Part shown: piece by piece, positions 57,105 through 64,000 of the stretch
Layout of the letters: the number at the start of each line of letters is the position of its first letter
How positions within the stretch are numbered: position 1 is the first letter of the stretch
DNA from: an uncultured Rickettsiales bacterium
Lineage (GTDB): Bacteria; Pseudomonadota; Alphaproteobacteria; Rickettsiales; SXRF01
DNA: 64,000 bases
Direction of reading: 5' to 3'
Assembly (NCBI GenBank): GCA_964575095.1
Contig: CAZNPA010000006.1
Span: 8,361-72,360, forward strand
Position numbers and translations under genes: made by a program
The notes under the pieces: generated by a model
The model's input: only the letters and a program-made list of their open reading frames with translations
Database searches by the model: none
What the model was told of the DNA's origin: nothing

Positions 57105-58406
57105 CTAAATCAACAACAAACTCGGATTCTCGACGTAATGCTTGAAGGCCGCGAGGAACTCCGCGCCGACGGCGCCGTCCACCACGCGGTGGTCGACGGA
57201 GAGCGTCACTTCCATGATATTGCGGATTTCCATTTTGCCGTGGCGCACCACTACTCTCTCACCGCCAGCGCCTACCGCCAAGATGCAGCCCTGCGGCGGG
57301 TTGACGATGGCGCCGAAATGCTTGATGCCGTACATGCCGAGATTCGAGATCGAGAACGTGCCGCCCTGGAATTCTTCCGGCATGAGTTTGTTGGCGCGGG
57401 CGCGCGCCGCCAGGTCTTTCATTTCGTTCGATACCTGTATCACCGTTTTCTGGTCGGCGTTCTTGACGATGGGCGTGATGAGGCCGCCGTCGATGGCAAC
57501 CGCCACCGAAATATCGACGTTGTTATATTGCAAAATCGCTTCGTCGCTCCACGACGCGTTGGCGGCGGGGATTTTCTTCAAAGCCAGCGCCGATGCTTTA
57601 ATAATAAAATCATTCACTGAAAGTTTATAGGCCGGTTTTTTGTCTTTCCCGGCACGCGCTTCGGCGTCGAAATTGATTTCCTTCCTGACGTCGAGCAGCC
57701 TATCCAATTCGCATTCAATGGTCAGGTAAAAATGCGGCACCTGCTGCTTCGATTCGGTCAAGCGCTTGGCGACGATTTTCCTTATATTGCTATTGGGAAT
57801 TTTGGTGAACTCGGTGGGATTCCTGCTCACCTGCCCGCGCCCTGTGCCGCCGGATGCCAGCGCCTTCAGCACGTCGTCTTTCACGATGCGCCCGTGCGGG
57901 CCGCTGCCCTGCACCATGCCAAGCTGCACGCCTTCGCTGGCGGCAACGCGCTTGGCGAGAGGGCTCGCGAAGATGCGCGAACTTACGCTCCCCCCTTGGG
58001 GGGGAGCAGCTGAGAGCAAGTGCTCTTGCGCGCCGCTCGAAGCGTGGGGGGTAGGCTTTGCAACTTTACCCCCCACGGCTTGACCTTCGCTTACGCTTGG
58101 TCTCGCCTGCTCCCCCCCAAGGGGGGAGCGGGGTTTATAACTCGCCAGCGCGCCCTTATCCTCACCCTCTTCGAGAAGCAGCGCGATGACCTCGTTGACC
58201 TTGACGTTCTGTGTTCCCGCCGGGACCATGATCTTGCCGATGGTGCCTTCATCGACCGCTTCGACTTCCATCGTCGCCTTGTCGGTCTCTATTTCGGCGA
58301 TGACCTTGCCGGACTTGATCTGGTCGCCCTCTTTGACATGCCACTTGGCAAGGTTGCCCTCGGTCATGGTCGGTGACAGCGCAGGCATCAGGATTTCAAT
58401 CGGCAT
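57105..58406 (-). CDS. pdhC: Pyruvate dehydrogenase E2 dihydrolipoamide acetyltransferase with an in-frame palindromic insertion in the linker
   Basis: Lipoyl domain (AEIETDKATMEVEA), PSBD (ASPLAKRVAASEGVQLGMVQGSGPHGRIVK) and catalytic domain (DHRVVDGA). Confidence 0.95.
   Translation of the reverse strand: MPIEILMPALSPTMTEGNLAKWHVKEGDQIKSGKVIAEIETDKATMEVEAVDEGTIGKIMVPAGTQNVKVNEVIALLLEEGEDKGALASYKPRSPLGGEQARPSVSEGQAVGGKVAKPTPHASSGAQEHLLSAAPPQGGSVSSRIFASPLAKRVAASEGVQLGMVQGSGPHGRIVKDDVLKALASGGTGRGQVSRNPTEFTKIPNSNIRKIVAKRLTESKQQVPHFYLTIECELDRLLDVRKEINFDAEARAGKDKKPAYKLSVNDFIIKASALALKKIPAANASWSDEAILQYNNVDISVAVAIDGGLITPIVKNADQKTVIQVSNEMKDLAARARANKLMPEEFQGGTFSISNLGMYGIKHFGAIVNPPQGCILAVGAGGERVVVRHGKMEIRNIMEVTLSVDHRVVDGAVGAEFLAAFKHYVENPSLLLI
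57987..58130. repeat. Nested-palindrome element, copy 6 (in-frame inside pdhC)
   Basis: GCTCCCCCCTTGGGGGGGAGC ... GCGTGGGGGGTAGGC ... CCCCCCACGGC ... GCTCCCCCCCAAGGGGGGAGC. On the coding strand it reads SPLGGEQARPSVSEGQAVGGKVAKPTPHASSGAQEHLLSAAPPQGGS. Confidence 0.85.
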
Positions 58407-58418
58407 CTATTCAGGCTC

Positions 58419-59396
58419 CTATTTGTAACAAACGCTTTTGACCGCATCGATGATGTGGCTTGCCTGCGGCAGCGCCAGCTTCTCGAGGTTAGCGGCGTAG
58501 GGCAGCGGCACGTCGAGCCCCGCCACGCGTGCGACCGGCGCGTCGAGGTAATCGAAGGCGTGCTCCATAATCTGCGAAGAAATTTCCGCGCCGATGCCCA
58601 TGGGCGCCCAGCCCTCTTCCACCGACACGCAGCGGTTGGTTTTCTTGACCGACTCGACGATGGTTTCAGTATCGAGCGGGCGCAGCGTGCGCAGGTTTAT
58701 CACTTCGGCGCTAATCCCTTCTTGCGCTAACTGTTCCGCTGCTTGCAACGCTTTACCGACCATGATCGAAAAGGCGACAATGGTGACGTCGGTGCCCTCG
58801 CGTTCGATATGCGCCTTGCCGATGGGCAAAATGAAATCGCTGTCGTCCGGCACGTCAAAACTTGTTCCGTACATGAGTTCGTTTTCGAGGAATACAATCG
58901 GATTCGGGTCGCGGATGGCGGCTTTCAATAATCCTTTTGCGTCCGCCGACGAATAGGGCGCGACGACTTTGAGGCCCGGCACGTGCGCATACCAGCTGCC
59001 GTAGCACTGCGAGTGCTGCGCCGCGACGCGCGACGCCGCGCCGTTGGGGCCGCGAAATACAATCGGGCAGCCGATCTGACCGCCGGACATGTAGCGCTGT
59101 TTGGCGCTGGTCACGATATGGTCGAGCGCCTGCATGGCGAAGTTCCAGGTCATGAATTCGACGATGGGCTTCAAGCCCATCATCGACGCGCCTACCCCTA
59201 AGCCGCAGAAACCATATTCCGTGATCGGCGTATCGACAACGCGCTTGGGCCCGAACTCCTGCAACAGCCCTTGCGTCACCTTGTACGCGCCCTGGTATTC
59301 GGCGACTTCCTCGCCCATGACGAAGACCTCGCCGTCGCGGCGCATCTCCTCGGCCATGGCGTCTCTTAGGGCGTCTCTTACGGTTAGTGTAGCCAC
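58419..59396 (-). CDS. pdhB: Pyruvate dehydrogenase E1 beta subunit
   Basis: 325 aa with [24 protein letters not shown] and PVVFLENE-like [11 protein letters not shown]. Confidence 0.95.
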   Translation of the reverse strand: MATLTVRDALRDAMAEEMRRDGEVFVMGEEVAEYQGAYKVTQGLLQEFGPKRVVDTPITEYGFCGLGVGASMMGLKPIVEFMTWNFAMQALDHIVTSAKQRYMSGGQIGCPIVFRGPNGAASRVAAQHSQCYGSWYAHVPGLKVVAPYSSADAKGLLKAAIRDPNPIVFLENELMYGTSFDVPDDSDFILPIGKAHIEREGTDVTIVAFSIMVGKALQAAEQLAQEGISAEVINLRTLRPLDTETIVESVKKTNRCVSVEEGWAPMGIGAEISSQIMEHAFDYLDAPVARVAGLDVPLPYAANLEKLALPQASHIIDAVKSVCYK

Positions 59397-59409
59397 AAAC
59401 TATCCTTTT

Positions 59410-59467
59410 CTTGTCACCCCTGCGAAAGCAGGGGTCTTAAGATTCCTGCTTACGCAGGAATGACAAG
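59410..59467. repeat. Composite two-hairpin cruciform of the 24-nt repeat family
   Basis: CTTGTCA-CCCCTGC-GAAA-GCAGGGG-TCTTAAGA-TTCCTGC-TTAC-GCAGGAA-TGACAAG, with perfect two-fold symmetry. Confidence 0.85.
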
Positions 59468-59472
59468 TAAAA

Positions 59473-59775
59473 TTACATCCAGTTATGTATATCTTCATAT
59501 AAATCTTTCCATTCCGGGTTCACTTTCTCGATCAATTCAATTTTCCAATCCCGTTTCCAACGCTTCAGGCATTTTTCTCTGTGGATGGCTTGGTCAATGT
59601 AATCAAATGCTTCTACATAAACCAACCGTTTAACGTGATATGTCTTACTGAATCCCTCTATCAATCCTTCTTTATGTTCTACGGCTCTTCTCGGTAAATC
59701 GTTAGTCACTCCAATATAAAGCACCCCGTATTTTTTACTTGCGATAATATAAACATAATATCTGTGTTTTCTCAT
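59473..59775 (-). CDS. GIY-YIG nuclease family protein (small URI-domain type)
   Basis: 100 aa with YYVYIIASKKYGVLYIGVTNDLPRRAVEH and REKCLKRWKR. AT-rich. Flanked by hairpin repeats on both sides. Confidence 0.85.
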   Translation of the reverse strand: MRKHRYYVYIIASKKYGVLYIGVTNDLPRRAVEHKEGLIEGFSKTYHVKRLVYVEAFDYIDQAIHREKCLKRWKRDWKIELIEKVNPEWKDLYEDIHNWM

Positions 59776-59783
59776 GGTTTTTT

Positions 59784-59807
59784 GTCATTCCTGCGAAAGC
59801 AGGAATC
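59784..59807. repeat. 24-nt hairpin repeat
   Basis: GTCATTCCTGCGAAAGCAGGAATC. Confidence 0.8.
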
Positions 59808-59822
59808 TAGTTTCTATCATAC

Positions 59823-60104
59823 TTATGGTAAGCACCTAATTACCCATGTATGTACCTGCCGGTAGGAACTATCGGGAAGCAAGGTGGTATGCTCAGATAT
59901 TTTCTTGAATCCATTATGACACCGTTCTAAAGCATCAGTACTCATCGCATTAAGCGCTATGTTTGGGTTATTATTTACCGTATTATCCGTAGCACTGATG
60001 GTGTAAGTATTATTGCTGGTCTTTTCACCAGTAACGATAGGGTCACACCCAGTGACAATGCCAGCCAATATCATTAGCAATGAGATTTTAGTAAAAATTT
60101 TCAT
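59823..60104 (-). CDS. Small lipoprotein, unknown function
   Basis: 93 aa with lipobox AGIVTGC and an Asn/Thr-rich mature part containing 2 Cys. AT-rich. Confidence 0.55.
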   Translation of the reverse strand: MKIFTKISLLMILAGIVTGCDPIVTGEKTSNNTYTISATDNTVNNNPNIALNAMSTDALERCHNGFKKISEHTTLLPDSSYRQVHTWVIRCLP

Positions 60105-60125
60105 GATGTTTCCGTTGTACTCGAT

Positions 60126-60455
60126 TTAGATGTTTAGCTCTAATGTTACTCTCGGATGTTCTCTATCTTTCGGTGCCCAATAATTTTTAACTTTGGCATC
60201 AATTTTTTCGCCAGCATCTAAACGCTTTGACAGGTTTTTAGCGGTACTGGCCTTAATAAAACCTATTTGTTTTCTGCCTATTCCAAGCAATCCAAAAAAT
60301 ACGGGAATGGCAAGATAAACCTCGATGGCATTCTCATCAAATTTATTATTCGGATTACGCTCAAGAAATACAGTCATTCCTTCACGGCAGTATCGCTTGA
60401 TAATTTCTGCCCGGTGCTCAAATCCAGTACCTGCAACAATAGCGCTTCGTGACAT
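60126..60455 (-). CDS. Stand-alone HIRAN-domain protein
   Basis: 109 aa. IVAGTGFEHRAEIIKRYCREGMTVFLERNPNNKFDENAIEVY...IGFIKASTAKNLSKRLDAG fits the HIRAN pattern (G..y......l..G..v.L.RePdN.yD.nAi.V....g..iGyi). Confidence 0.7.
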   Translation of the reverse strand: MSRSAIVAGTGFEHRAEIIKRYCREGMTVFLERNPNNKFDENAIEVYLAIPVFFGLLGIGRKQIGFIKASTAKNLSKRLDAGEKIDAKVKNYWAPKDREHPRVTLELNI

Positions 60456-60482
60456 TAAAAAATCTTTCTTTCTCTAAGTCTA

Positions 60483-60506
60483 GATCCCTGCTTTCGCAGG
60501 GATGAC
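60483..60506. repeat. 24-nt hairpin repeat, inverted orientation
   Basis: GATCCCTGCTTTCGCAGGGATGAC, the reverse complement of the GTCATCCCTGCGAAAGCAGGGATC consensus. It lies 4 nt from the pdhA stop. Confidence 0.8.
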
Positions 60507-60510
60507 AAAT

Positions 60511-61515
60511 TTAAATAGTCACATCCGTCCACAGCTCGGACTCCGGCGGTTCGGGAGATTGTTGCGCAAACTCCGCCGAGTCGTTGACGATGGTTTTGGT
60601 TTCCTTGTCGATGGCCTTGAAATCTTCCTCGCTGACCATGCCGTCTTTGATCAATTTATTTTTCAGGCTGTCGATGGGGTCGTGCTGGTCCTTGTATTTG
60701 TCGACCTCCTCCTTGCTGCGGTACTTCGCCGGGTCGGACATCGAGTGGCCGCGGTAGCGGTAGGTTTTCATCTCAAGCAGGATCGGGCCGTGACCGGCGC
60801 GGACATAGGCTACCGCTTCCTCGGCCGCCTGATGCACCGTCAACACGTCCATGCCGTCGACCTGCCTGCCGGGAATGCCGAAGCCTTCGCCGCGGCGGTA
60901 AAGCTCCGTCGTCGCCGAGCCGCGCTTGATCGAGGTACCCATGGCATATTCGTTGTTCTCGATGACGTAGATGATGGGGAGCTTCCATAGCGACGCCATG
61001 TTGAATGCTTCGTACACCTGTCCCTGGTTGGCGGCACCGTCGCCGAAATAGCAGACGCACAGGCGGCCGTTGCCGCGGTATTTGTGGGCGAAGGCGATGC
61101 CGGTGCCGAGCGGCACCTGCGCGCCGACGATACCGTGGCCGCCGTAGAAATGTTTTTCGCGCGAGAACATGTGCATCGAGCCGCTCTTGCCCTTAGCGAT
61201 GCCGCCGACGCGCCCCGTCAGCTCGGCCATAATTTCGTTGGGCGTCATGCCGCAGGCCAGCATGTGGCCGTGGTCGCGGTAGCCGCTGATGACGGCGTCG
61301 TCGGGCGTGAGGCAATCCTGGATGCCGACCACCACCGCTTCCTGCCCGATATAAAGATGGCAGAAGCCGCCGATCAGCCCCATGCCGTAAAGCTGCCCGG
61401 CCTTCTCCTCGAAGCGGCGGATCAGCAGCATGTCGCGGTAGAACTGCAGCAGTTTTTCTTTGGGCAGCGGCGCAGGGGTTGCGGCGGCAAGTTTTGGATT
61501 GAGGGTTTTAGACAT
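60511..61515 (-). CDS. pdhA: Pyruvate dehydrogenase E1 alpha subunit
   Basis: 334 aa with the TPP motif YFGDGAANQGQVYEAFNMA, plus YRYRGHSMSDP. Confidence 0.95.
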   Translation of the reverse strand: MSKTLNPKLAAATPAPLPKEKLLQFYRDMLLIRRFEEKAGQLYGMGLIGGFCHLYIGQEAVVVGIQDCLTPDDAVISGYRDHGHMLACGMTPNEIMAELTGRVGGIAKGKSGSMHMFSREKHFYGGHGIVGAQVPLGTGIAFAHKYRGNGRLCVCYFGDGAANQGQVYEAFNMASLWKLPIIYVIENNEYAMGTSIKRGSATTELYRRGEGFGIPGRQVDGMDVLTVHQAAEEAVAYVRAGHGPILLEMKTYRYRGHSMSDPAKYRSKEEVDKYKDQHDPIDSLKNKLIKDGMVSEEDFKAIDKETKTIVNDSAEFAQQSPEPPESELWTDVTI

Positions 61516-61589
61516 AGACCGGAAATATCACCAGAATATGCGACTTATGCAAGCGTTTAGTGGCAAAGATTTTGTGCAACGCACCAATG

Positions 61590-61928
61590 TTATGAATGCG
61601 GCGAGGTAAATACTACAACTTCGTTCTTACCGGCCAACCCCAGCACGCGCCGCGCCTGTTCGTCCAGAAGGTCAAGATCGAGCGAATTGCTGCTCAATCT
61701 CCTGACTTTTTTATCCAGCGTTTCGCGCGCGGCCCTCACTTGCACCAGTTCTAGTTTGATCTGTTCGAGCTTGCGCGTTTCCTTGAACATGGCGACGACG
61801 CCGCGCTCGCCGGAGACCGCATGAAAGGCGAGATAAAACAGCACCAGCACGCATGCCAGCGGACCAGCGGCGCGCTTGGAAAACGGCAGGCGGATCAGGG
61901 TGAATAATTGTTTTTTACGCATGGCCAA
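61590..61928 (-). CDS. ftsB: Septum formation initiator (FtsB/DivIC family)
   Basis: 112 aa with a TM helix and a coiled coil (KLEQIKLELVQVRAARETLDKKVRRL). It sits in the conserved slot between eno and pdhA. Confidence 0.85.
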   Translation of the reverse strand: MAMRKKQLFTLIRLPFSKRAAGPLACVLVLFYLAFHAVSGERGVVAMFKETRKLEQIKLELVQVRAARETLDKKVRRLSSNSLDLDLLDEQARRVLGLAGKNEVVVFTSPHS

Positions 61929-61959
61929 AGATTATAGCGCAGGAAACCTTAAAATATCG

Positions 61960-63562
<1,603 letters not shown>

Positions 63563-63613
63563 GCTGGCAACTGGATGCATCCTACGCTATAATGACTCTC
63601 AAAGGATCGCGAT

Positions 63614-64000
63614 ATGACCACTTCTGTTGGCACGAAAGCGCGAAAAAAGCAACCGCCTTTATCATCCTCGCAGGCGGCGGATAGCTCTCCATTGTTCGAA
63701 CAAGCATTATTAACGCTGGAAAGCGTGTCGATGCGCATTCTGGAAAGCCGCTTTGCCGGCGCGCGCGACGACGTGGATATGCTCTACTGGCAGCAGCGCT
63801 TCAAGAATATTGCCACACCCGTGTCACTGGCGCTGCGCGAATGCCGCGGCCCACGCCGTTTCCACAATCACTACCGCCACCGCGCCGACGATGATTCGGT
63901 GCTGCATCCGGTACTCGAGGACCCGCTCGACCGGCTGGCGCAGGTTTCTGAAAGGGCGCTTGCCGCCTGCCAGAACGAACTGGTCGGCATCTATGACGGT
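63614..64000 (+). CDS. Hypothetical protein, N-terminal 129 codons (runs off window end)
   Basis: Own translation: MTTSVGTKARKKQPPLSSSQAADSSPLFEQALLTLESVSMRILESRF... It stays open to the window edge. No family recognised. Confidence 0.4.
   Translation, partial: MTTSVGTKARKKQPPLSSSQAADSSPLFEQALLTLESVSMRILESRFAGARDDVDMLYWQQRFKNIATPVSLALRECRGPRRFHNHYRHRADDDSVLHPVLEDPLDRLAQVSERALAACQNELVGIYDG

Noticed and set aside
58419-59396. PdhB lacks the N-terminal lipoyl domain found in some alphaproteobacterial E1-beta proteins.
   Set aside because: Both architectures (with and without the lipoyl domain) are well known in the class. This is not anomalous on its own.
57024-60506. Recurring 24-nt hairpin repeats, considered as a possible CRISPR array.
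   Set aside because: The copies are irregularly spaced (tens of bp to 2 kb), occur in both orientations, are separated by genes rather than spacers, and differ in stem sequence. No cas genes are present.

Overview
High-GC, gene-dense chromosomal window. Synteny suggests an alphaproteobacterium: eno-ftsB-pdhA-pdhB-pdhC-lpdA, sdhCDAB, glnB-glnA, class I LysRS, NDUFA9-like and COQ9-like genes. This placement is inference only. Most of the window is housekeeping: kdpFAB, tRNA-Lys, ydbH-ynbE-ydbL, tgt-queA, thiC, mutY, thrB-rnhA, argH-lysA, the lptCAB-kdsD cluster, a TolC-MacA-MacB exporter, queG-grxC and tRNA-Leu. Unusual content sits on top of this.

1. A 725-aa protein fuses a GT60/Gnt1-like GlcNAc-transferase, a redoxin-like module and a prolyl-4-hydroxylase-type 2OG oxygenase. 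This looks like a one-polypeptide hydroxyproline-glycosylation system and is my top candidate for a new system.
2. A roughly 110-160 bp nested-palindrome element occurs in six copies. It is inserted in-frame in pdhC and mutY, sits between the two macB halves, and lies next to a duplicated lpdA 5' end. This resembles Rickettsia palindromic elements.
3. An AT-rich HIRAN / lipoprotein / GIY-YIG cassette, bounded by 24-nt hairpin repeats, interrupts the pdh operon.
4. An ankyrin-repeat gene is wedged between glnB and glnA.
5. A four-gene orphan operon sits behind a long AT-rich leader.
6. An AT-rich islet next to tRNA-Leu carries two small secreted Cys peptides, an acyltransferase and a large polytopic membrane protein.
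7. A bacterioferritin paralog keeps its haem ligand but has lost four ferroxidase ligands.

No CRISPR array, rRNA, transposase or integrase was seen. Everything comes from reading the sequence and the ORF track; no database search was run.
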